Source of the DNA: Candidatus Auribacterota bacterium
GTDB lineage: Bacteria; Auribacterota; UBA6266
DNA length: 17,691 nucleotides
Reading direction: 5' to 3'
Assembly (NCBI GenBank): GCA_023136205.1
Contig: JAGLRQ010000111.1
Location: forward strand, 1 to 17,691
A program made the position numbers and the translations under genes. Under the pieces are notes generated by a model, which was not told the DNA's origin, did not search any database, and saw nothing but the letters and a program-made list of their open reading frames with translations. Each line of letters begins with the position of its first letter. The first letter of the stretch is position 1. Positions 1-7,194 of the stretch are shown one piece after another.

Positions 1-248
1 AATTCCTCATTCAAGTGCTTAAAGTCGTAGCCGCTCTTTGAAACAAGCGAAAAGTCAAGGTCCTCGGAAAATCTCCTTAGGCCGTAAAGCACTCTGAGCG
101 CCGTTCCGCCGGTGAAAGCGACTTTCCTGAAATAATCCTTTTCATACAAAGCCTTCAGCACGATAATCTGGAGAAACTCGCGGACGCGGTTAACTTTATC
201 CTCAGCGGCCATTTCATCTTTATACTGCTGTCTTAATACTTCGATCAT
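1..248 (-). CDS. abiEii: AbiEii-family nucleotidyltransferase toxin (type IV TA / abortive infection), N-terminal 82 aa only; continues past nt 1
   Basis: Hand translation of the minus strand from the ATG at 248..246 gives MIEVLRQQYKDEMAAEDKVNRVREFLQIIVLKALYEKDYFRKVAFTGGTALRVLYGLRRFSEDLDFSLVSKSGYDFKHLNEE, still open at nt 1. The FTGGTAL...RFSEDLDFS block is the nucleotidyltransferase signature of AbiEii/DUF1814 toxins. The ATG overlaps the upstream stop as ATGA (245-248), the usual TA coupling. It is absent from the ORF track because it is truncated. Confidence 0.85.
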   Translation of the reverse strand, partial: MIEVLRQQYKDEMAAEDKVNRVREFLQIIVLKALYEKDYFRKVAFTGGTALRVLYGLRRFSEDLDFSLVSKSGYDFKHLNEE

Positions 249-907
249 CTCTTGCTTTCCTTAATAAACACGCAAAACTCCTTAGCGGCGGAAAGAAGTT
301 TCCGGTTGCTGAAAAGACCCACGTAAAACATAATCTTTTTCTCGCTTAACTTTTCCGTATTCTGAAACCGGAACGACTGCGCGAACCGCTCTTTTTCCGG
401 CTTAGCGAATTTTGATAAATTCAGGTAAATGAAATCCACAACCGCTTTTTCCGGCTCAGCAATGAATACCGGCAGGCCAGCCTCATCTTTCGCCAACTTA
501 AAACCCCGGAAGGTATCCGGCTTGATATGCTGGTAGATGAAAGTCCCGAATTCGTTGACGAACCGAGCGGTCTTTTTTGTCGTGATACAGGTCACATCAG
601 CCGCGCGCTCCGGGATAAGCCCGTAAAAATTCAACGCGAACTCCAAGCTGACATATGACGGGTCATAGAGACGGTTCGCGAGAAAGACCCTGCTTGGATC
701 TACCTTCCTGTCATCCCTGTTAAGAATATAGATGCCCTTTTTGAGCCTGACAATAAGCCCCCTCGACTGCCAGCGGTTAAGCTGGTTGCGCATCGCCTGC
801 CCGTCTTTTTCAAGCTGGACTGCGTCCCTGCTGACGATAAGCGGAAGCTTCAAAAACCTCTTTTTGAATTCTGTGTAGTCCACAATATTGTTTCCCCATA
901 TAATCAA
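245..907 (-). CDS. abiEi: AbiEi-family antitoxin / transcriptional autoregulator (type IV TA system)
   Basis: The 220-aa ORF has AbiEi-like blocks (LIVRLKKGIYIL; LYDPSYVSLEFALNFYGLIPE; TCITTKKTARF...GTFIYQHIKPDTFRGF) and a 4-nt overlap with the AbiEii toxin gene. The tracked start at 907 is TTG with no SD. A GTG at 883..881, preceded by GGGGA at 897..893, is a plausible alternative start and would give 212 aa. Confidence 0.8.
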   Translation of the reverse strand: MIIWGNNIVDYTEFKKRFLKLPLIVSRDAVQLEKDGQAMRNQLNRWQSRGLIVRLKKGIYILNRDDRKVDPSRVFLANRLYDPSYVSLEFALNFYGLIPERAADVTCITTKKTARFVNEFGTFIYQHIKPDTFRGFKLAKDEAGLPVFIAEPEKAVVDFIYLNLSKFAKPEKERFAQSFRFQNTEKLSEKKIMFYVGLFSNRKLLSAAKEFCVFIKESKR

Positions 908-912
908 TAATG

Positions 913-941
913 ATTATATACAGAAATACCTATATTGTCAA
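913..941 (-). promoter_or_regulatory. Consensus sigma70-type promoter for the abiEi-abiEii pair
   Basis: On the minus strand the -35 is TTGACA (941..936), followed by a 17-nt spacer (935..919) and a -10 TATAAT (918..913). Both hexamers match consensus perfectly. The predicted TSS is around 908-905. Confidence 0.6.
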
Positions 942-971
942 GACTATACCCTAACAGGTGATTTATAGGTA
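927..971. promoter_or_regulatory. Possible AbiEi operator: 8-bp inverted repeat bracketing the -35 box
   Basis: TACCTATA (927-934, inside the promoter spacer) and its reverse complement TATAGGTA (964-971) are separated by 29 bp. AbiEi antitoxins are known to autorepress through inverted repeats at their promoter. The arms are short and cannot be extended. Confidence 0.25.
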
Positions 972-1128
972 CCCAGGCCTGTCATAAATGCCTTTGACCA
1001 TAGCAATTTTTTTGACTAACGGAGTTAACGCAAGGGAAGTAGCCCCTGCAATCAGAAACACATGTAGATAATAACTAAGCAACTCTTTACCCCTTTTTTT
1101 TCAGATTTATCTCTGAAAATTATTATTT

Positions 1129-1965
1129 CTATAATTTTAACACTTTTTTTACAGAAGCAAATTCAAAATCAGCAAGTAACGCCTTGATTTTAGCTTCCGC
1201 GGTTTTAAGATTTACATAATACTTAAATTTTCTGGATAAAGGTAATTTCATTCTGGGCTGTTTAATATCTATCTCCCGCGGATGAATATATACTATAGCA
1301 GGTTTCCCTCTTTTATTTATTAGGCCTATTGATCGTTTAACAAACCAATACGGGAATAAGCGAAGATATCCCCCCCCAGAAAAAGGAACTTTCCTGCCAA
1401 AAACATGTGCAACTGACATTGGAAATTCCCACATTCTAAGATTTCTTTCCAAATCCATTAAATATGGGTACGATTCAGCACTTTCCAAACCCCCGTGACC
1501 TCGCTTAGCGGGAAATATAGTTGAATCATATTTCAAACCACACTCCGCAATAATCTTTAATGCCCACAAAGAATCCTCTCTAATAGAAAATCCAGCTCCT
1601 CTATGTCCTATCACTTTTTCAGTTATTATCCCTTCAAGAATATTAACAGATTTTTTTAAATCTTCCGAAAATTCTTCAGGAGTCTGCTCATAAATCAACT
1701 TATGCGCATATCCATGAGTAGCAATTTCATGACCATCTTCACTTACTTTGCGAACAAGCTCAGGATGTTTTTCCGCAACCCAACCTAAAAAAAAGAACGT
1801 CGCCTTCGTATCGTGCTCTCGCAAGATCTTCAAGAGAAGCAATGTATTGTCTACAACTCTGTTTTCACATTTATTCCAGTTGTCAAATTTAGATTCCTTA
1901 TTATCTACATCACAAACATGAAACCAGTCCTCAACATCTATTGTAAAAGCGTTTAACATACCCAT
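1129..1965 (-). CDS. Polysaccharide deacetylase (CE4 catalytic domain plus DUF3473-type C-terminal region), cytoplasmic; resembles the PEP-CTERM/XrtA-locus subfamily
   Basis: 278 aa. The N-terminus NAFTIDVEDWFHV, the THGYAH metal-binding His pair and the C-terminal GGGYLRLFPYW match the DUF3473-containing deacetylase subfamily as I recall it. There is no signal peptide. ATG start; the gene lies 2 nt downstream of the preceding gene's stop. Confidence 0.85.
   Translation of the reverse strand: MGMLNAFTIDVEDWFHVCDVDNKESKFDNWNKCENRVVDNTLLLLKILREHDTKATFFFLGWVAEKHPELVRKVSEDGHEIATHGYAHKLIYEQTPEEFSEDLKKSVNILEGIITEKVIGHRGAGFSIREDSLWALKIIAECGLKYDSTIFPAKRGHGGLESAESYPYLMDLERNLRMWEFPMSVAHVFGRKVPFSGGGYLRLFPYWFVKRSIGLINKRGKPAIVYIHPREIDIKQPRMKLPLSRKFKYYVNLKTAEAKIKALLADFEFASVKKVLKL
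1370..1377 (-). repeat. Homopolymeric G8 tract (C8 on the plus strand) inside the deacetylase coding sequence
   Basis: The plus strand reads atCCCCCCCCaga at 1370-1377. The minus-strand codons are TCT GGG GGG GGA (S196 G197 G198 G199). It is the only G/C run of 8 or more that I found in the window. Confidence 0.95.
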
Positions 1966-1967
1966 AT

Positions 1968-2534
1968 TTAACCTTGTTTTCTCTGCTTAATCACCCTCGC
2001 AGGAATACCTCCTGCAATGCTATAGGACGGAATATCTTTTGTTACAACTGCCCCCGCTGCAACAATGCTCCCATCTCCTATTTTTACCCCTGCTACAACT
2101 ACAACATTTGCCCCAAGCCATACATTGTCACCAATGATAATATCTTTCTCCTGATAGGATTGAATATTCATTGGAATATTAACATCTTTAAAAGTATGAT
2201 TTGAGGAAAAGACCTTAACACCAGGACCCATCAGGAGATTGTCTCCCATAACAATTTTTGAATTCTCACTTGCCCATACACAACAATACTGGTTAATATG
2301 TGAATTTTTACCAAGAGAGATATTTTTTCCCCACCTGAGGGAAGCTGTGGGATGAATTCTTGGGTTACTGGCTATTTTCATTTGCGCAATTGGAGATATA
2401 TGGTCGTGGACATAATAACCAAATAGTGAAAAAACCCTTTTAAAGGCGGTCAGTGAAAAAACATAACGGAGAACCTCAAAAAAATCCTTTTTAGTAACTC
2501 TGTTCCTTGGAAATTTAGAACTCCCTTGAAGCAT
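1968..2534 (-). CDS. Sugar O-acetyltransferase, left-handed beta-helix (hexapeptide repeat) family (WcaF/Maa/LacA-like)
   Basis: 188 aa. Hexapeptide repeats are visible ([51 protein letters not shown]), with an SSNH catalytic-His context. A strong SD (GGGGG) precedes the ATG. Confidence 0.85.
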   Translation of the reverse strand: MLQGSSKFPRNRVTKKDFFEVLRYVFSLTAFKRVFSLFGYYVHDHISPIAQMKIASNPRIHPTASLRWGKNISLGKNSHINQYCCVWASENSKIVMGDNLLMGPGVKVFSSNHTFKDVNIPMNIQSYQEKDIIIGDNVWLGANVVVVAGVKIGDGSIVAAGAVVTKDIPSYSIAGGIPARVIKQRKQG

Positions 2535-2551
2535 ATTACCCCCTTGTTAGG

Positions 2552-3685
2552 TTATCTAACTGGCGTCCAAACAATCTGACGTTTTCCCGAAAGAAACTTA
2601 ATTACACCTACTGCTGCTGCTGCATTGATTAAACAAAAGTAATACGGTATTTTAAATATTTTTAGAGTATTTTCTGTTTTCCTTAACAAATATCCGATTC
2701 CGGCCAGCAAATAGCAAAGAATCTGCAGAAACCCAAAAACCTGGAAAAATAATCCGTTTCTAATTAAATACATATTAGATAAAAATAAAACTATTAAAAA
2801 AAATGGTGTCAGCCACCGAAAAATCTTATGAGAGATAAGTTGAAAAGATAAAATTGGGTAGCGCACAGGATTCAATAAATGCTTCATATAAAGTAGCCCT
2901 ATAATTCCACCTGTCACGATTCTTTCTTTTCTTTTATAATCATCTTCGCTATTAATTACAGTCTCTTCATAACCTATGGCTTCTTTTTCATTTACCACCC
3001 TATAACCTTTGAATATCGTTTTCAAAGGCAAAATCAAATCCTCAACGAGATTTTCACTTAACTCCTCATGCAAAAATTTCCTTATAGCAAAAATACAACC
3101 ACTAACCGCAACAATAGAAGAAACATCGGTCTCTTTCTGTCTAAGCAACTGTTCGTATTTCCAGAACAAACTAACTTCTTCAGCAATAAGACTTTTCTCA
3201 GGCTTAACAAATCTCTCCACGCCAGCAACACAACCAACCGTAGAATCATTGAAATTTCTAACCATTTTCTTCAAAGCTTCTTTATCATAGATGGTAGTAG
3301 CATCCGAAAACACCAAGATCTCCCCTTTTGCAGATGCTACTGCTAAATTTTGCACAGCTGTTTTTCCATTACGTTGGTTCTGTCTGACTAGTTTTATACC
3401 TTTATCAAGATACTTTTCAACAATCTTATCTGTATTGTCTGTTGAACAATCTGAAGCAACAATAATTTCTAATTTTTCTTTCGGATAATTCAACTTCAGA
3501 GAATTCTTTATTTTCCCTTCGATAGAGTCTTCCTCGTTATAAGCAGCAACTATCAAAGAAACATAAGGAAAAATATCACCCTTATTAATCCGTTTCTTTT
3601 TTATACTTAGCACTGTCAGAAGTAACAGATATCCAGCATAAGTGTAGCATATTACTGAAACACAAAATAAAAACAATACTCTCAT
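2552..3685 (-). CDS. Membrane-embedded family 2 glycosyltransferase with synthase-like motif set (D, DxD-like, ED, xxFRW)
   Basis: 377 aa. It has an N-terminal TM (VLFLFCVSVICYTYAGYLLLLTVLSI) and a GT2 core (VSLIVAAYNEEDSI; IIVASDCSTDNTD; ILVFSDATT; LVEDLILP; SHKIFRWLTP), followed by about 3 C-terminal TM helices. Confidence 0.8.
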   Translation of the reverse strand: MRVLFLFCVSVICYTYAGYLLLLTVLSIKKKRINKGDIFPYVSLIVAAYNEEDSIEGKIKNSLKLNYPKEKLEIIVASDCSTDNTDKIVEKYLDKGIKLVRQNQRNGKTAVQNLAVASAKGEILVFSDATTIYDKEALKKMVRNFNDSTVGCVAGVERFVKPEKSLIAEEVSLFWKYEQLLRQKETDVSSIVAVSGCIFAIRKFLHEELSENLVEDLILPLKTIFKGYRVVNEKEAIGYEETVINSEDDYKRKERIVTGGIIGLLYMKHLLNPVRYPILSFQLISHKIFRWLTPFFLIVLFLSNMYLIRNGLFFQVFGFLQILCYLLAGIGYLLRKTENTLKIFKIPYYFCLINAAAAVGVIKFLSGKRQIVWTPVR

Positions 3686-3749
3686 TTTCTTTCTCTATAA
3701 TTACTTTTATCTTTCCTGTCACAATTATTTAAAATTAGGGTTTACTAAA

Positions 3750-5939
3750 CTATTCCATATCATTAGTCCATCCGCAAGTTGCGCCAATTTTTATATTTTC
3801 CAAATTTTTTTGCCAGCCGAGCCAATTAGTTATAATTATTCCTCTAGATTCCTCTTCGTCTTTGATTATCTCAATCCAATCTTTGATATTCTTTTCTTCA
3901 TTCCAACCTGCGACTAAATAATTAAATCCTTTAGATTTAAAGTAATTGGAACTATTTTTCATTTTACTTAAATAATCACTTGCGCTATACCACCAAACTA
4001 TAGGCAAAACATCTTTTGGAATTAAATCTATTGCCTCAGATGTTATACCAGACTGACCACCAAAAAGCATTTGGAAATTTTCCCTTCCTCCATAATGCCA
4101 AGAATTAATCATGTCATCCCACATCATTACTTTTATCTCTGGGTTCAAACTATGTATGTAATTGTTTAACTTTATTACATCTTCTGCCAATAGATAAGCG
4201 TTAGTCAAATTCCTTCTCCTACTTCTTGAATCTCGATTCATTCCATAAATCTCATCATGGCCTATACAAATATACTTTGGTTTAAAAACTTGTATCACAT
4301 CTTTTAAGGCTGCAAATATAATATGGTATGTTTTTGGTTCGGAGGGGCTAGAAGGTATTTTCCTAATAGACGGATAAAAACGCACAACGAAATCATAACT
4401 TACCAACACCCTTTCCCCATCTAGTATGCTTCCATTTTCTATTCTATTTATTTTAGCCGGAGCATTGGTTACATCATATGGATACTCCATACATCCATCT
4501 GTTATATTATAATCTATACCCTCCTGATAAGTTACTGTTTTGTCTAAGTTTGTTACAGTAACATCTGAAGTTTCTGTCCGAATAACATTTATCAAACTAC
4601 CGTTTATTCTTTTTAACTCTATATCATCAAACCAAGCAACCCCTTCACCATTGCTAATACTTGCACTAATATGGACAAAAGAACATTTTGGTTGCGTGAT
4701 AAAATTCAAATCGTGCTCTTCCCAATTACCTATTGCTGTTGTTTTAACTGGAATATAATTTTCAACTATAAATTTACTGTCTTTATCCCATTGAGAAATC
4801 CTCATAGCAATTGAATAACCACTCGTACTTCCTGCAGTTTTTTTTGCATAAAAAGAAACATTATAAACTGTATTTGGTTCAACTTTGCATGCTTGGACCA
4901 AAGGATTACTCGTACCTTTAGCTCTTACTTTTACAGAATAACTTCCGCTATGAAAAATAGCATTATCTAACAACCAATAGTTTTGGGAGATTTCCGGAGG
5001 TTCAATATAAAACTGCCAATTATCCGGAATTTTATCTCCATCTTTATCTATCTCAAAACCAGGATTTTTTATAGGGACAGCTTCTGGAATTACTGGAATT
5101 GCAATATTATCCACGAATTTAAACGGCTCATCTTCAACCCATACACCTTCAGCCGTATGAGGATCTATACTAAAAATTATTTTCGCGACACCAAAGCTTT
5201 GCAATTCAGGCACAGGTTCAACATGTCGACGGCGACAATATTCAACAAGATTTAACAGTTGAGGATATTTCTTCTTTTGATACCAGTAATCAGAGTCAAT
5301 TAGAATCATATTCATTTTAAGAAATGCTATCTTTTGGACTATTTCCTCTACATCACCTATGTTCCTTTCATGAATGGTCTGTATGTGAATTCCCCTTATT
5401 CCGCATTTTGGCCAATCTTTAACTCTAACTGCTTCCAACTCAACCTTATCATTTTTATCACTTAATATTTGCTTTAAAGTTTGTACACCATAAAAAACAC
5501 CGCTAGAATCATTTGCAGTAATAATAACCACATTATCACAGAAAACTTCCAATAAATAACCTTCCTCGCCTAATTGAATATCAGGGATAAGATTTCTTTC
5601 CAAGCAAACTGATTTAACATCGTTATTCAAAACTCGTTTAGAAAGAATAATACTTCTAATCCCCGTAGCAGGAACAATATGTTTAATAGATATTGATAAA
5701 TTATATTTATCCTTTAATTCTTTCTGAAATTCCATAGCTGCAAAAAAATCTTTTTCAGTAGAAGAATCAACAAAAATATCCCACTTATCGTTTAAAATAA
5801 GACTAAAATTCTTTGAAGACAATTCTTGAGGATAAGGAATAATAGTAACAGGAAATGCATCGGGAATAAAAAACTTAAAAAGTGCCAGTGTAAACATTGA
5901 AAAAATCAACGAAATTTTTTTTAACTTTTTGCCATGCAT
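3750..5939 (-). CDS. Secreted GH20-like (beta-N-acetylhexosaminidase-like) glycoside hydrolase with inserted CBM4_9-like beta-sandwich
   Basis: The tracked ORF starts at a TTG (5951). The ATG at 5939 gives MHGKKLKKISLIFSMFTLALFKFF, a typical signal peptide, with GGGA 8 nt upstream. A GH20b-like N-domain is present (IIPYPQEL...EEGYLLEV...ITANDSSGVFYGVQTLKQIL...VKDWPKCGIRGIHI). The TIM-barrel strands are VEPVPELQSFG and YICIGHDEI (D-E pair at 4251-4256), then VMMWDD. Between them is NPGFE...SGSYSVKV...YNVSFYAK...GNWEEHDLNF...AWFDDIEL, a CBM4_9-like pattern. Confidence 0.6.
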   Translation of the reverse strand: MHGKKLKKISLIFSMFTLALFKFFIPDAFPVTIIPYPQELSSKNFSLILNDKWDIFVDSSTEKDFFAAMEFQKELKDKYNLSISIKHIVPATGIRSIILSKRVLNNDVKSVCLERNLIPDIQLGEEGYLLEVFCDNVVIITANDSSGVFYGVQTLKQILSDKNDKVELEAVRVKDWPKCGIRGIHIQTIHERNIGDVEEIVQKIAFLKMNMILIDSDYWYQKKKYPQLLNLVEYCRRRHVEPVPELQSFGVAKIIFSIDPHTAEGVWVEDEPFKFVDNIAIPVIPEAVPIKNPGFEIDKDGDKIPDNWQFYIEPPEISQNYWLLDNAIFHSGSYSVKVRAKGTSNPLVQACKVEPNTVYNVSFYAKKTAGSTSGYSIAMRISQWDKDSKFIVENYIPVKTTAIGNWEEHDLNFITQPKCSFVHISASISNGEGVAWFDDIELKRINGSLINVIRTETSDVTVTNLDKTVTYQEGIDYNITDGCMEYPYDVTNAPAKINRIENGSILDGERVLVSYDFVVRFYPSIRKIPSSPSEPKTYHIIFAALKDVIQVFKPKYICIGHDEIYGMNRDSRSRRRNLTNAYLLAEDVIKLNNYIHSLNPEIKVMMWDDMINSWHYGGRENFQMLFGGQSGITSEAIDLIPKDVLPIVWWYSASDYLSKMKNSSNYFKSKGFNYLVAGWNEEKNIKDWIEIIKDEEESRGIIITNWLGWQKNLENIKIGATCGWTNDME

Positions 5940-5957
5940 AATAAATCCCAAGTAATT

Positions 5958-7178
5958 TTACTTCTTTCTCAGCGAACTAAAATAAAGTTTTTCTATTTTT
6001 TCACAAGTTTTTTCCCAAGAATAATTATTTAAAATAAATTGACGGCATTTCTTGCTCGTCCCTAAAATATTTTTCGTGTGTTCAATAAATTTTACAATCC
6101 CTTGAGACATTTCATCAGGGCCTATGGCAGAAAATATCAAACTCTTATCAAATCGACTTAAAATCTCCACTGAACCGCCCACGGGAGTAGCTAACACCGG
6201 CAAACCACAAGCTAATGCTTCTAAAGTAACTAATCCAAACCATTCATCACTCTCAGATGGTAGAATAAAAATATCAGATGCCTGATAGTAGGCAGAAATC
6301 ATTTTAAAATCAACAAAGCCCAATAACTTTACTTTACTTTCTAGTCTCTCTTTTTTAATTAAACCTTTTAATTGTCCTTTCAAGAACCCGTCTCCTAATA
6401 TAACCAAAACAACATTTTGAACTTTTTCAGAAACATGTTTTATCGCAAGAATTAAATTTTCAAGTCCCATTCTTGCAACAAGTCTTCGAGCAGTAACTAA
6501 TATTATCTTATCCTTTGGCAAATTAAGTTTAGTTCTCAACAGCATTTTATCATTTATCGGTACAAATTTGTTCGAATCCACCCCTCCCTGTATGACTACT
6601 ATCTTCTCAGGATTTTCATAATATGTATCGAGAATATACTTTTTACTAAAACCACTCAAAACTATAATTTTATCACACGCTCTGAGAGTTATTCCTTCAA
6701 GCCCTTTAAGTAATGAAAAAATTAATTCATTCATTAAATAAAACGAATACTTTTTCTTTTCACTCTGGACCAAAACCCCCTTGTATATAGAAGAATGGAA
6801 CGTAAAAATCCTAGAAATATTCCTATGCTTAAAAAAGAGATTCACTCCGAAGGCAGGCAACGGCGAGTGACAATTAATTATGTCAACTTTAACTTTTTTA
6901 ACTACGTTATTAAATAACCGATGAGCATTCATTACGCTTAAAAGGAAGCGTCTGATATAAATTAAACAACCTGAAACAACCGAATCATATCTAAAAACCT
7001 TCATTCCTTCTATGGTTTCTTCATCAGGCATGTCCTTTCGCATCTTTATAGTTATAATATAAACATTGTGCCCTTTTTTTATCAACGATTTCCCCAGATT
7101 ATAAACATAAGAATGTGCTCCTCCTATTCCATCAGGATAAAAAGATTCAGTTATCATTAAAATATTCAAACTTTGCAT
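5958..7178 (-). CDS. Family 4 (GT-B) glycosyltransferase
   Basis: 406 aa. The N-terminus is ILMITESFYPDGIGGAHSYVYNL. An E-x7-E motif is present (SDEWFGLVTLEALACGLPVLATPVGGSVEIL). ATG start with a GGTGAG SD. Confidence 0.85.
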   Translation of the reverse strand: MQSLNILMITESFYPDGIGGAHSYVYNLGKSLIKKGHNVYIITIKMRKDMPDEETIEGMKVFRYDSVVSGCLIYIRRFLLSVMNAHRLFNNVVKKVKVDIINCHSPLPAFGVNLFFKHRNISRIFTFHSSIYKGVLVQSEKKKYSFYLMNELIFSLLKGLEGITLRACDKIIVLSGFSKKYILDTYYENPEKIVVIQGGVDSNKFVPINDKMLLRTKLNLPKDKIILVTARRLVARMGLENLILAIKHVSEKVQNVVLVILGDGFLKGQLKGLIKKERLESKVKLLGFVDFKMISAYYQASDIFILPSESDEWFGLVTLEALACGLPVLATPVGGSVEILSRFDKSLIFSAIGPDEMSQGIVKFIEHTKNILGTSKKCRQFILNNYSWEKTCEKIEKLYFSSLRKK

Positions 7179-7194
7179 TGTTTTGTTCTCACCA

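Noticed and set aside
1100-1117. Hairpin TTCAGA-tttatc-TCTGAA just downstream of the deacetylase stop, as a possible operon terminator
   Set aside because: The stem is only 6 bp and AT-rich. On the transcribed (minus) strand it is followed by an A-run rather than a U-run; the T8 run lies on the wrong side. This is not enough to call a rho-independent terminator.
908-1128. Small ORFs in the EPS/TA intergenic region (e.g. plus-strand 27-aa ORF from the ATG at 988; 12-14-aa ORFs on either strand), and possible tRNA or att remnants
   Set aside because: None has an SD, length or motif support. I could not fold any segment into a tRNA-like cloverleaf by eye, and I saw no direct repeats flanking the TA pair within the window.
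2611-2623. (CTG)4 trinucleotide repeat
   Set aside because: It is in frame and encodes AAAA within a C-terminal TM segment of the GT2. It has only four units, and slippage would keep the frame. It is most likely incidental.
1129-5951. Reading the GT2 + deacetylase + acetyltransferase + GH20 genes as a classical pga/ica PNAG operon
   Set aside because: The deacetylase has no signal peptide and looks like the cytoplasmic DUF3473-type family, not extracytoplasmic PgaB/IcaB. There is no PgaA porin and no PgaD/IcaD partner. The acetyltransferase is a soluble LbH enzyme rather than an IcaC-type membrane acyltransferase. Only a looser HexNAc-chemistry hypothesis is retained.
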